DNA of 64,000 nt, from the NCBI GenBank assembly GCA_965197905.1, contig CBDAOB010000004.1, positions 992,001 to 1,056,000 of the forward strand, written 5' to 3'. The notes beneath the pieces were generated by a model. The model searched no databases. It worked only from the letters and a program-made list of their open reading frames with translations, and had not been told where the DNA came from. The stretch comes from Candidatus Latescibacterota bacterium (GTDB taxonomy: Bacteria; Latescibacterota; UBA2968; UBA8231). The first letter of the stretch is position 1; each line of letters opens with the position of its first letter. Of this stretch, positions 9,853 to 19,506 are shown piece after piece. The position numbers were made by a program, and so were the translations under genes.

Positions 9853-9888
9853 ACAGGGGCGGATCACGCGATCTGCCCCTGTTTCTTT
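9853..9888 (+). terminator. Rho-independent terminator
   Basis: ACAGGGGCGGATC-acgc-GATCTGCCCCTGT 13-bp stem (one G-U) followed by TTCTTT, just after the stop at 9824. Confidence 0.85.
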
Positions 9889-10053
9889 GCCCTGCGATTA
9901 ATGCCGTGGATTCGATGAACTCGGAATCTGGCCTTATGCCCCTGCTGCTCGCGAATTATGAAATCGTTGAGGCTAGATGTTAATTTGCTTGGACGTGCGC
10001 GTTAAAACTCAAGTATGTTGATGGTCTTGTAGAACCAAGAGGAGGTAATCGGC

Positions 10054-10530
10054 ATGCCAAATCCAGGAGTCGTGCTGGAAAGAGTCGGATCGACAGCAGA
10101 ACGGCTGCGCCAGCTGCCGTACGAGAAGCGGGTGTGCAAGACGGAAGCCTACCCCGCGGTCTCCCGGCCGGACAAAGAGTACACCGGACTGTCCGTCGCT
10201 GAGTTCGCCGAATGGGCCGCGGATGTGGGCCTGGAGGCCACGGTTCTGAAGGGAGGAATCGATCGCGGCACCCCTCGCTACCGCCCTTATCTGACCAGCC
10301 TGCACCTGAAGGATACGCGCACCATAGACGGCCCGTCGTGCAGGTTCGAGTGGTGCGAGCTGGGCACCGGCGACCCCGATTACGCGGCGCTCTTCCGCGC
10401 CTTTGTGCGCGATCGACTGGATGTGGTCATCGCCGTGGCCTCTCACTACGAGCCGCCCGGCGGCACCCCGGCCGATGGCGTGCGGCTCAACCACCGGACG
10501 GCCCTGGAGCTGGCGGAGTCGGCGCAATGA
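10054..10530 (+). pseudogene. Internally deleted sugar-phosphate isomerase/epimerase (AP-endonuclease-2 TIM barrel)
   Basis: N-terminal-like LSVAEFAEWAADVGLE lies close to C-terminal-like LHLKD..WCELGTGDPDYAALF; 158 aa is too short for the barrel. Confidence 0.55.
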
Positions 10531-11840
10531 GGCTTCCCATCTCCTTTGAGCTGGATCGCTACACCGATCTTCCCACCATCTATCAGGCGGACGACTACCG
10601 CGCGCCGGGCGTGAAGAGCCTCTTTTTTCAAAACGAAGACCACTTCGATAAAGAGACCCGCGTATTCGGATGGATCGGCATGCCGTATCTGCGCGACGGG
10701 GACAGTTGTCCTGCCATGGTTCTCATACACGGCGGCCGCGGTACCGCCTTCGACGAATGGGTCCGGTTGTGGAACGCCAGAGGGTACGCCGCAATCACGG
10801 TCGATCTGTGCGGCTGCGTGCCGCGGATACCCCTTCCCGAAACCGGCGTGAAATACCAACGGCACGAGTTCGCCGGCCCCGAAGGTTGGGATGCGTCGTT
10901 CGAGCAGATGGAGTGGAAGACGGAGGATCAGTGGCAGTACCATGCCGCCACCGCCCTGCTGCGGGCGCACACCATCATCGCCAACACGGAGGGGGTCGAT
11001 CCAGATCGAATTGGCGTCACCGGCATCTCCTGGGGTGGGTATCTCACCTGCCTGATGATGGGGATCGATCCCAGGTACAAAGTGGCGATACCGGTATACG
11101 GATGCAGCCGTATGACCGACGGAACCTGCCGGGAGCTTCGGTACCAAGATGAGCGCCGGCAGGAGGAGGTTGCAGCGTGGGGCAAACGCTGGGATGCGAT
11201 CCACTACATACCGAACGGACGGATGCCGTCACTCTGGGTCAGCGGCACCAACGAGGACCCTTACACGTTCGATTGTTTCGCCAACTCGTTTGCATCGACG
11301 GTGGATCCGACCGTCTCCATCCGGGTTGAAATGCCCCATGGCCACACCCACGGATGGGCACCTAGCGAGATTCATCACTTCACCGATGCTTTGTTCAAAG
11401 GGGGGGCGCCCCTGCCAAGACATGTCGAGACCCGGGTACGCGACGGGCGGATAATTTCCAAGTTCGAGTCAGCGCGTCCGCTGATGAAAGCGACACTCTG
11501 TTACACGCGGGCTACAGGCTTGTGGCCAGACCGAAAATGGAACCAGATCGATTGGAGACCACCGCAGCCTTCATCAACGTCACCGACGACCGAGATCTGC
11601 TCGTATCGTCAACGCATATCGAACCTTGCCGCACTAGATGAAGTGGGGCAAGGGTATGTAGCGTCCGCCGAGCTCCCGCTGGAGACCACCGCAGCCTTCA
11701 TCAACGTCAACGCATCTGCTCGTATCGTCAACGCATATCGAACCTTGATTCGAGCAGAACTGCACTTAAGAAGCCCGACTGGCCAACTCACCGCTCTGAC
11801 GTTTGGGATCAGCATGTCCCACATTTCGCGAGCCGTTTGA
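10527..11840 (+). CDS. Alpha/beta hydrolase (acetylxylan esterase/dienelactone hydrolase-like) with rearranged C-terminus
   Basis: ATGA overlap start; PAMVLIHGG, VDPDRIGVTGISWGG nucleophile elbow, MPHGH. Confidence 0.85.
   Translation: MRLPISFELDRYTDLPTIYQADDYRAPGVKSLFFQNEDHFDKETRVFGWIGMPYLRDGDSCPAMVLIHGGRGTAFDEWVRLWNARGYAAITVDLCGCVPRIPLPETGVKYQRHEFAGPEGWDASFEQMEWKTEDQWQYHAATALLRAHTIIANTEGVDPDRIGVTGISWGGYLTCLMMGIDPRYKVAIPVYGCSRMTDGTCRELRYQDERRQEEVAAWGKRWDAIHYIPNGRMPSLWVSGTNEDPYTFDCFANSFASTVDPTVSIRVEMPHGHTHGWAPSEIHHFTDALFKGGAPLPRHVETRVRDGRIISKFESARPLMKATLCYTRATGLWPDRKWNQIDWRPPQPSSTSPTTEICSYRQRISNLAALDEVGQGYVASAELPLETTAAFINVNASARIVNAYRTLIRAELHLRSPTGQLTALTFGISMSHISRAV
11553..11746 (+). repeat. 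Imperfect direct repeat: 75 bp (11553-11627) and 67 bp (11680-11746)
   Basis: TGGAGACCACCGCAGCCTTCATCAACGTCA...ATCTGCTCGTATCGTCAACGCATATCGAACCTT occurs twice. Confidence 0.95.
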
Positions 11841-11898
11841 GTTACATAAGCCGATAGGTCGTATAACAGAGAATTGAGTATTTTTTAGGGGTAATTCG

Positions 11899-12852
11899 AT
11901 GTCCAGATTTGATGTGTCTGTCATTGATGACTGGATGACAGAGGTTCGGCCTGGACCATGCACCTCTATCGCGATCAGGGTTAGGGGATGGGGGGGAAAC
12001 GAGTTTCGCCTGTGGTTTCCGGAGGGTGTCACCCCATTGGGTCTCACCCCATTATGGAAGAATCGCGATGGCTTGCAACAGTTTCAGAGGGACAGGGAAG
12101 GTAACCTCTACTGGGAGTTGGAGACCAACCGGGGACAGGCTCGGTTCTCGTTCCAGCCACGGGAACAGGACATCCACATGGAGGCTGTGGTTCGAAACAC
12201 CTCGGTTGCACCTTATGACGTGAGCACCGGTGTCTGCTTCCAGATGTGGAACGCTCCAGACTTTTATAGCTACGACTGCTCCCGTATCTTTGCCTGCTTG
12301 GACGGCGAATGGAAAAGCCTAAGGGAAACCGACTCTTTTCCTCTCCGTTTATACGAAAACCACGCCAGTTATAGCAAGGAGGGGCGCAGCGAACCGGCGT
12401 ACCCCGAAAAGGATACGATTAGCAAGGTTATAAAGAGGTTAAGCAAGGAAGAGCTAACGGAATTTAGGAGGCATGCTGTTGAGAAAGTTGCCTCGGATCC
12501 CAGGTACAACAAGATCGTGGACAAGGACCTGTACGATTTCGTCGTCCGGTGCAAAACCCGCGTAGAGATCAGGCCTAAATTCAGCCTAAATGAGTCAACG
12601 GAGGCACCGGAGCGAGCCAGCCACCCCCTCATCTGTGTGGTGGCCAAGGACGGAAAGCGGGCGGTGGGTATCGCCTGGCACGACTTCACCCGCCTCTCTC
12701 ACAATAACGACCCGTGGATCGGCTGCATCCACAGTGCACCCCGCCCAAAAGTGGCTTCGGGACAGGAAGTCACATTCCAAGGATGGCTGTTCTTCTCAGA
12801 AAGCGGACTTCAAGGCCTTATTGAAGCCTACAAAAAGGGCGTGGTGACCTGA
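11899..12852 (+). CDS. Hypothetical protein
   Basis: 317-aa ORF, lower GC than neighbours; LWFPE..., HPLICVVAKDG..GIAW..NNDPWIGCIHSAP. Confidence 0.7.
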   Translation: MSRFDVSVIDDWMTEVRPGPCTSIAIRVRGWGGNEFRLWFPEGVTPLGLTPLWKNRDGLQQFQRDREGNLYWELETNRGQARFSFQPREQDIHMEAVVRNTSVAPYDVSTGVCFQMWNAPDFYSYDCSRIFACLDGEWKSLRETDSFPLRLYENHASYSKEGRSEPAYPEKDTISKVIKRLSKEELTEFRRHAVEKVASDPRYNKIVDKDLYDFVVRCKTRVEIRPKFSLNESTEAPERASHPLICVVAKDGKRAVGIAWHDFTRLSHNNDPWIGCIHSAPRPKVASGQEVTFQGWLFFSESGLQGLIEAYKKGVVT

Positions 12853-13098
12853 GCCGGCCGAACATGCTATTTATCATTTCTGATGGACACAAAACCAAGT
12901 GCCTCGACGTGGTGGGGCATCCTGGGCTGCCTCAAAAGGGACGTTGAAGGCGCAAAATCGACCCACTTCTAACGCTTCGGGGCGGTTTTCCCTAGCCGGC
13001 CCCTACATACTCAGCAAACGCCCCCGAAAAACGCCGCGCAAGAGCGCCACGGACCCTTGGCGTGATTGGCGATAATGGTCTTCATTCGTCCTATATTC

Positions 13099-13281
13099 TT
13101 GGTCCTCGCCAACTTCGTTGAATTCTTCCACCGTGGCCGTCGCAGCGGCCACATGCCCACCCGCCGATCCCCCTCCTGCCGCCAGCTTGTCGGCGGCGAT
13201 GCCCAGTTCATCCGCATGCGCTCGAATCCATCGGATGGCTGACTTGCCGTCTGTCACACACTCGCGTGGCGAAGTCCCGTG
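13099..13281 (-). pseudogene. Internal fragment of an alpha/beta hydrolase (esterase/lipase)
   Basis: HGTSPRECVTDGKSAIRWIRAHADELGIAADKLAAGGGSAGGHVAA; both ends missing. Confidence 0.8.
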
Positions 13282-13372
13282 TCATCTCCCTCTTTCCCCT
13301 ACGCAAGAGTCTCGTCAGGGTGTATTATCTTGCGGTTAACACCGGGAGCAGACTTCACAGGGAGAGCCACCC

Positions 13373-13759
13373 ATGCTGAAACGCATCAACCACATCGAAT
13401 TGATCGTTCTGGACCTGGAGCGCCAGGTCGAGCTTTTCAAACAGCTCGGTTTCGAGGAGCTACGCCGCACGGAGCACCACCAGGTGTCGGTCGAGATGAA
13501 ACTGCCCGACCAGGAGATTATCTGGGAGCTGCACGAGCTCGAAAAGAACGAGGTCATCGGGGTCAACCACATTGGCTTCGAAGTGGATGACGCGCCGGCT
13601 GCTTATGAAGCGCTCAAGGACAAGGGTGTGAAGTTTCAGGATACACCCTCTCACTACAATGTGCCGGATATCGACGGCAAGACCTGGACCGTCGCCAACT
13701 TCCGCGATACCAGCGGCTTCCGCTACCACATTCTCGATACGAAGGGATCGCCATCGTGA
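13373..13759 (+). CDS. VOC (glyoxalase/bleomycin resistance) family protein
   Basis: INHIELIVLDLE, GVNHIGFEVDD, FRDTSG; GTGA overlap with next gene. Confidence 0.85.
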   Translation: MLKRINHIELIVLDLERQVELFKQLGFEELRRTEHHQVSVEMKLPDQEIIWELHELEKNEVIGVNHIGFEVDDAPAAYEALKDKGVKFQDTPSHYNVPDIDGKTWTVANFRDTSGFRYHILDTKGSPS

Positions 13760-15396
13760 TCAGCCCCGAACGAGCGCGCGCGCGCTGGCGGAAGCGCCGG
13801 CTCATCTACAATAACGACGGCGACGACGTCATCGAAGCGCGTCCCGATGGCGTGGAGCACGAACACGACGTCGCCGAGTCGCTTATGGTGCGCCGCACCG
13901 GAGACACGGTGCAGGACTTTCTCGACGCCCGCAGCACGCCCCTGATCGGCTCGCAGGTGGACAGCAACTGGTTCTGTAGCTGCATGGCCGGCCTCACCTT
14001 CTCCCACAACACCAAGCTGGGCGGATTCCACGGCAAAGGGGTTCCCCTGGAGCTGATCGAGAAGTACGGGCGCGATTCGCTGCAGGTGCAGCTGGATTTC
14101 AGCCGCGAGCATGGCATGGAAGCAGGCTGGGACCTGCGCATGAACGATCCCCATGATTCCTTCCCCATGGGCACGCGCCGGTATAACTACGGTCTGGCCA
14201 AGTTCAAGCGCGAAAATCGGCAACATCTGATGGGCACGGAGAGCGATTGGGAGAAATACCCCAGGGGACACCCGCGGGCCGACTGGTCGCGAGTGGATTA
14301 CGCCATTCCCCACGTGCGCGACCACATCTTCGCCGTCATCGAGGAGGTGGCAGAGAACTACGACGTCGACCTCATCGGTATGGAGTTCTTCAAATACTGG
14401 CCCTTCTTCCGCGAGTCGTTGGGCGGAGACCCGGTGAAGCCCGAAAACCTGGAGATCATGAACGATCTGCTGCGCCGCCTTCGCCGCATGGCCGACGACG
14501 TCGAAGACCGCCGCGGCCGGCCGCTGCTGTTGGCCGCCCACACGCCGTTCAGCCTGGCGGATTGTGTGCACATTGGCGTCGACCTGGAAACCTGGCTCAA
14601 GGAAGGACTGATCGACCTCTTGTGCCCCGGCGGGTCTAAGGAGTCGATCTTCAGCGATTCCTACACCGACATCATCGGCTTGGGGCACAAGTACGAAACC
14701 CCGGTCTATCCATGCATGTCGTGGGGGTATTTTATTGAGCGTTGGGTCTTTCACGGGCTGAGCGATGGCAGATTCCGGCAACTCGACGACTGGATCTCGA
14801 CGCTTTATGGGGGCCAGCCCGAGCGTATCGGCTGTCCGGAGTGGGTCACGCTGTTCAACGGCTGGGAAGGCGCTTTCCCAGCCTGGCGCGGGGCGGCCTT
14901 GAACCTGTTCAACGCCGGCGCCGATGGACTCTACCTCTTCAATCCCGCGCTAGGCGAACCGCGGGTGTGGCGGGAGATCGGCGAGGTCGCTACGATGGCA
15001 GGAAAAGACCGGCTCTATGGCATCAACCGCTTCGCCGGCCCTGATAGCTTCACCGAAACCCCGGAGGTACCCCTCCCCTTGTCCGTGGGCTTTCAGGTGG
15101 GCGAGGACGTGGGTTCTCTCGATGCGCGGAGCCTCGATTTCGGCCTGCACCTGTGGGACTGGGTTCCCGGTGACGACTTATCCGTGCGACTCAACGGGGC
15201 AGCGGTCGAAGGATTGGCGCCGGCCGACCCGGACCGCAACCCAGCAGAGGGTCAGTGGTTGCAGGGAACTCTCGGTGCCGAGCAGGTCAATCGCGGTGAC
15301 AATCAGCTGGAAGTGGTGGTGAAGAGCCGGGGTGACTCCGCCGCATCGCCGGTTGTTCTGGACACGGTGCAGCTGCGCGTCCGGCTTGAATCCTGA
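13756..15396 (+). CDS. GHL10/DUF187-like glycoside-hydrolase-like TIM-barrel protein (paralog 1)
   Basis: RRLIYNNDGDD, LRMNDPH, DYAIPHVR..IEEV...YDVD..ME, GVDLETWLKEGLID, AGADGLYLFN. Confidence 0.75.
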   Translation: MISPERARARWRKRRLIYNNDGDDVIEARPDGVEHEHDVAESLMVRRTGDTVQDFLDARSTPLIGSQVDSNWFCSCMAGLTFSHNTKLGGFHGKGVPLELIEKYGRDSLQVQLDFSREHGMEAGWDLRMNDPHDSFPMGTRRYNYGLAKFKRENRQHLMGTESDWEKYPRGHPRADWSRVDYAIPHVRDHIFAVIEEVAENYDVDLIGMEFFKYWPFFRESLGGDPVKPENLEIMNDLLRRLRRMADDVEDRRGRPLLLAAHTPFSLADCVHIGVDLETWLKEGLIDLLCPGGSKESIFSDSYTDIIGLGHKYETPVYPCMSWGYFIERWVFHGLSDGRFRQLDDWISTLYGGQPERIGCPEWVTLFNGWEGAFPAWRGAALNLFNAGADGLYLFNPALGEPRVWREIGEVATMAGKDRLYGINRFAGPDSFTETPEVPLPLSVGFQVGEDVGSLDARSLDFGLHLWDWVPGDDLSVRLNGAAVEGLAPADPDRNPAEGQWLQGTLGAEQVNRGDNQLEVVVKSRGDSAASPVVLDTVQLRVRLES

Positions 15397-15399
15397 GCC

Positions 15400-15504
15400 A
15401 GAAGGCTTGGACCGCGTTTTCTGGGCCTCGACGCCGACAGGTCCGACGCGCACGCCGGCTTCGAACCGATCCGCATACCAGATCTCCGCTCTACCGTCAC
15501 TCAA
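15400..15504 (-). pseudogene. Possible 5' remnant of spermidine synthase
   Basis: MSDGRAEIWYADRFEAGVRVGPVGVEAQKTRS resembles SpeE N-termini (W..E...GVR.G..G......S); TTG start overlaps the upstream stop. Confidence 0.4.
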
Positions 15505-16309
15505 ACGGGCTTCTTTTCAATCCGCGGTTGTGCGGGTCCTCGCCGCGGACAAGATAGTACTCACGATCGAATCTGCTCTTGTCCTGATAGCTGGTGTAGT
15601 GGCGCGGCTCCATCCCATCCGCTTCGGCGCGCATGAAGTGTATGGTCATGGCACGCCGTCATGTGTCGGACGAATTCGGGGTCGACCGGTGCGGTGAATA
15701 GGAATTGTGTGCCGCCGCCTGTCCGGCCTTGAACCGGTACTGAACCTCCCGAGCATCGGCATCCGGCGGCAGCGCCTCTGCGTCGATGGCGAGCCCGAAG
15801 AAATCTCCCATATCCGTATGCGGCAGGAGACCCCGCGTGTGTTCTCCCGGCAGGACGGACATGGCGCCATTCATCTCGTCGACGTCGTCGAAAGCGATCC
15901 ACATGTTGGCGACGGGGGCAAAGACCTTTTGCTGATCCCAGTACACCTGGTCCTGGTGCCACGGGATATGGCGACCGGTCTTGGGCTCCTTGATCAGCAA
16001 ATCGGCATGCCAGAGGATGAGATTCGGCCCCAGTCGGCGTTCTGCATAGTCCAGTACCTTCGGATCGCTGACGATCTCCCACATCCATTCTTCTCCGAGC
16101 TGATGCGGCGACATCATCTCCGTTCCACCCAGTCCTTTCGCAAGCTCGGAAAACATGCGGTCGGCGTGGGATCGTGCTTCCGCTGCGGCCTCGTCGGTGA
16201 GGAAACGGTCGAAGATGAAGTAGCCTTCGCGTTCGAAGAACTCGTGCTCTTCCGCGCCGTATCGGAAATCGTCGTGAATGATCTTCGCTGCTTTCATTCT
16301 GTGTGTCAT
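15497..16309 (-). pseudogene. PhyH-family dioxygenase with in-frame TGA at 15659-15661
   Basis: FFEREGYF, IPWHQD, HRSTPNSSDT*RRAMTIHF...YYLVRGED...PFE*; frame continues 53 codons past the TGA. Confidence 0.85.
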
Positions 16310-16394
16310 GAGATCGCTTTCGGTTTGTTGGCCAACGCGGCTATGATCTGCTCGCGTGGATCCCGCAGATTGGAATAAGCCGTCACACCCAAAA

Positions 16395-16949
16395 TCAGTA
16401 GCCCCCACCATTGAGGTCGATCCGCCCCACAGGCCACGGGAAATCCGCCGAGTATATCATCACCGCTTCCCACCACGGGTTTGCCTGGGGATCCTCCTCA
16501 TTCTTTGAGTTCACGAATTCGTTATTGACGATTCTCCCGCCCAGTTTTTCATAAAAACCTGCTACCGGTGTTTGAAACACGGAAACCGGCCACACCCTGT
16601 TGTCGACCTGTTCGAAAGCCTTTCGCGTCACCCGGGCGCCCAGCCCCTCGCCGCGACGACTCTCAGCGACGCAAACGGCAGCAAGCGCCATCTGTTTCAA
16701 CGAGCCTCCAGTCGTGAAGATCTCACGTTCGAAGGTGAGCGCGTGGGCGACGGCCTGGTCATCCTCCCACAGGACAAAACGTTTGCTATTCGAATCCGCG
16801 GCTTCGTCTACCCGGGCGCGGTCCATGCACTCGGCTGCGATTTCATCTACGGTCTTGTCCTTGCTTGGCCAGACGCTCTCGGTGAGACTGACGATGGACC
16901 GGACCTGACTTGCGGTCAGCTCCTTTTCCGTGTGCTCCAATAGTATCAT
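16395..16949 (-). CDS. GNAT acetyltransferase
   Basis: LAAVCVAESRRGEGLG acetyl-CoA motif A; FYEKLG. Confidence 0.85.
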   Translation of the reverse strand: MILLEHTEKELTASQVRSIVSLTESVWPSKDKTVDEIAAECMDRARVDEAADSNSKRFVLWEDDQAVAHALTFEREIFTTGGSLKQMALAAVCVAESRRGEGLGARVTRKAFEQVDNRVWPVSVFQTPVAGFYEKLGGRIVNNEFVNSKNEEDPQANPWWEAVMIYSADFPWPVGRIDLNGGGY

Positions 16950-16953
16950 GAGA

Positions 16954-17856
16954 TCAGTCGTTGGGACGGCCCGTGGCGTCGATGCAAGTCAGCTCGTCGT
17001 CGGTGAAGGTGACGTCCAGGGCGCCCAGCTGCTCTTCGACCTGCTCCGGCGTCTTGGGACCCATCAGAGCGCAGGCGACAGCCGGCGACCGCAGGACCCA
17101 GGCGATGGCCAGTTGCACGAGGGTCAGACCCTTGTCACCGGCAATCTCTTTCAGTTGCTCGGCCGCGGCCAGATAGCGCGCAAAGCTTTCTCCCTGAAAG
17201 CGCGGGAAACCGGACCGTTCGTCACTCGCATCAAACAGGTGATCGGGTGTGTACTTGCCGCCGAGCAGCCCCTTGGCCAGGACGCTGTGCGCCAGGATAC
17301 CGATGCCATTCCGCTCGCAGAAGTCGATCTCTCCCGACTCGATCTCGCGGTCGAAGAGATTGTACTGCAGCTGGTTGGTCTGGATCGGCGCCGTGCCCAT
17401 AGCCTCCTGCATCTGCCCGACATCGAAGTTGGAGACCCCGATGAAGCGGGTCTTGCCCTCTTCCTGCAGGCGGAACATGGTTTCCATGGCGGCTGCCATC
17501 GGCTCATCTGTATGCCAGAAGTGTATCTGGTAGAGATCGACATGGTCGACTTTCAACGCTTGCAGGCTGTTCTCCATGGCGGCGGTGATGGCCTCGGGTT
17601 TGTAGTTGCCCGACACCTTGGTGGCGAGGAAACAGCGCTCCCGATAGCCGCCCTGGAGCGCCTTGCCCAGAATCCTTTCGCTGGAGCGGTAACCCTGGGC
17701 CGTGTCGATCAAGGCGATGCCCCGTTCGAGGGCGGTATGTACCGCGCGGATGGCAGTATCCTCGCCGACCTCGCCCATGCCACTGGCTATGGGCCACGCC
17801 CCGAAGCCCAGCGCCGATACCTTGGGGCCGTTCTTACACAGCTGCCGCTGCTGCAT
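16954..17856 (-). CDS. Aldo/keto reductase
   Basis: SALGFG, IDTAQGY, LATK, DLYQIH, IGVSNF, QLQYNLF. Confidence 0.93.
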   Translation of the reverse strand: MQQRQLCKNGPKVSALGFGAWPIASGMGEVGEDTAIRAVHTALERGIALIDTAQGYRSSERILGKALQGGYRERCFLATKVSGNYKPEAITAAMENSLQALKVDHVDLYQIHFWHTDEPMAAAMETMFRLQEEGKTRFIGVSNFDVGQMQEAMGTAPIQTNQLQYNLFDREIESGEIDFCERNGIGILAHSVLAKGLLGGKYTPDHLFDASDERSGFPRFQGESFARYLAAAEQLKEIAGDKGLTLVQLAIAWVLRSPAVACALMGPKTPEQVEEQLGALDVTFTDDELTCIDATGRPND

Positions 17857-17868
17857 GTGGAGGCTGTC

Positions 17869-18252
17869 CTAATCGGCGAAGGTCCCGTCTTTACGCCGGT
17901 GCAGCCAGACCGTGTTGCCGTCCGGATCTGAGACACAGGCGAAGTGGCAGACGGGCGATTCGTTGAGCGGCGCAACCACCGGAACCCCCTTGGCCTCGAG
18001 CTCTTTGATCGCCGCTTCCAGGTCGTCCACGGCGAAGGCCACGGCAGCGCCGCCGGATTGGGCTTTGAGATTCGGGTCGAAAATGGTGGGATCATTGATC
18101 GCGAAGGTGGCGTTGCCGGCGTTGAACTCGGCCCACTTCACCTCCTCGAAGTAGCCGTGCATCTCCAGACCCAGGATGTCCCGGTAGAACTCGATCGATT
18201 TTTCGATATCGCTGGTCTGGTAGTAGACAAAGTCGGTTCCGCGGATTTTCAT
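17869..18252 (-). CDS. VOC family protein
   Basis: DIEKSIEFYRDILGL, AFAVDD, SDPDGN; RBS GGAGG. Confidence 0.9.
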   Translation of the reverse strand: MKIRGTDFVYYQTSDIEKSIEFYRDILGLEMHGYFEEVKWAEFNAGNATFAINDPTIFDPNLKAQSGGAAVAFAVDDLEAAIKELEAKGVPVVAPLNESPVCHFACVSDPDGNTVWLHRRKDGTFAD

Positions 18253-18376
18253 GGCTCTCCTCCGGTCGGTGGGATCAGGTTCATTTCATGAGGTGATAGA
18301 TGAGTATGGGCCTGAAACTTCACCCAGTAAACAGCCGCTATCTCAGAGCCGGGTCATCGATCATTGCCAGCTACTC

Positions 18377-18943
18377 CTACCAGGAAATCGCCACCATGAC
18401 CCCATCTCCATCGTAGGAGGGATTCCTAGGATGGCCGAACCCCTTTCCGTTGGAAAAATGGACATGGCGATAGGCGACGACGAGGTTGAGCCGCGCCGAG
18501 ATCTGCACATCGACCCCGAACCCGTGCCTCGGGCTGAAGTTCCAAACTGTTCCTCTCGGCGGAAACTGCTCCGTGGTGAAAAGCATTCCCAACCCTCCTT
18601 CAACAAAAGGTCCGATCCCACCTGACCTCATGGGAAGCCAACGCACGAAACCCCCAACTCCAAGACCTACGCCATCTGCCTCGAGGCCGACACTTTGGGG
18701 ACCTTCATCGGGGAGGAGTTCACCTTCGGTAAAACCTACACCCACAGCACCGCGCAGCCACAAGCCCCGGACCAGGTATCTTTCTGCCTCCGCCGACAGC
18801 GTCGCAACCCGAATGTCTCGGTTGTCTACATCCTCGGGAAAGAAGAACTCGGCGGAAATGGCGTGGCGTTTCGGAACCTGCTCGGCGGCTCTGGAGGGAG
18901 ACGTGAGTAGAAGGAGCCCCAGAGCGATCAGCGTCAGCTGCAT
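18377..18943 (-). CDS. PagL/acyloxyacyl-hydrolase-like outer-membrane beta-barrel
   Basis: Signal peptide; PFVEGGLG, FPPRGT.WNF, YRHVHFSNG..NP; C-terminal Trp; RBS GAGGAG. Confidence 0.7.
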   Translation of the reverse strand: MQLTLIALGLLLLTSPSRAAEQVPKRHAISAEFFFPEDVDNRDIRVATLSAEAERYLVRGLWLRGAVGVGFTEGELLPDEGPQSVGLEADGVGLGVGGFVRWLPMRSGGIGPFVEGGLGMLFTTEQFPPRGTVWNFSPRHGFGVDVQISARLNLVVAYRHVHFSNGKGFGHPRNPSYDGDGVMVAISW

Positions 18944-18962
18944 CCGCTTGCTCCTCGGCTTG

Positions 18963-19457
18963 TCACAACCACCGTCGTACGCCGGCACAAAACTCTTCGT
19001 ATTCACTCCCAAAGGCCGCTGAGAGGTAGCGCTCCTCGCGGCGAATTACGAGGAAGTATAGCAACGCTATCACTACGGGGAAGAAGACCACGGGCCAAAT
19101 GGTGTTGACCAGAACGGAGACGCCGAGATAGAGTGCGGACAGGGCAAGATACATCGGGTTTCGGCATATGCGGTACGGACCCCAGGTGACAAGACGCGTT
19201 GCCGGACGGTTGGGGATGATGGCCGTACGTTGTCGCCTGAAGGTCGCGATCGCCCAACCGGAGAGACCGCCCCAGACTCCGATCAGAAGCCACCCAGCGA
19301 TGACGCCGAAAACCCTCCACTGAGCATCAACCAGGTGCAGCGGTAACCACCGGTGAAGCAGGATCCCTGCACCCAAGGGGAGGACAAAGAGCAGAGGCGG
19401 TGGAAAGCGTACTCCGGGGCCACGCGGCGAGCCATTTTCAGTCGGCAGCTCATTCAT
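18963..19457 (-). CDS. Isoprenylcysteine carboxylmethyltransferase/PEMT-family membrane protein
   Basis: LVTWGPYRICRNPMYL, IRREERYL...FG.EY....VRRWL. Confidence 0.9.
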   Translation of the reverse strand: MNELPTENGSPRGPGVRFPPPLLFVLPLGAGILLHRWLPLHLVDAQWRVFGVIAGWLLIGVWGGLSGWAIATFRRQRTAIIPNRPATRLVTWGPYRICRNPMYLALSALYLGVSVLVNTIWPVVFFPVVIALLYFLVIRREERYLSAAFGSEYEEFCAGVRRWL

Positions 19458-19506
19458 GCACACCGCCTCTCACCAGGATGCAGCATCCACATCGCGCTCC
19501 AGCCTT

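Noticed and set aside
10212..10526. N-terminal extension of the esterase ORF
   Set aside because: Arg/Gly-rich out-of-frame read of the upstream gene; the ATGA overlap at 10527 is the better start
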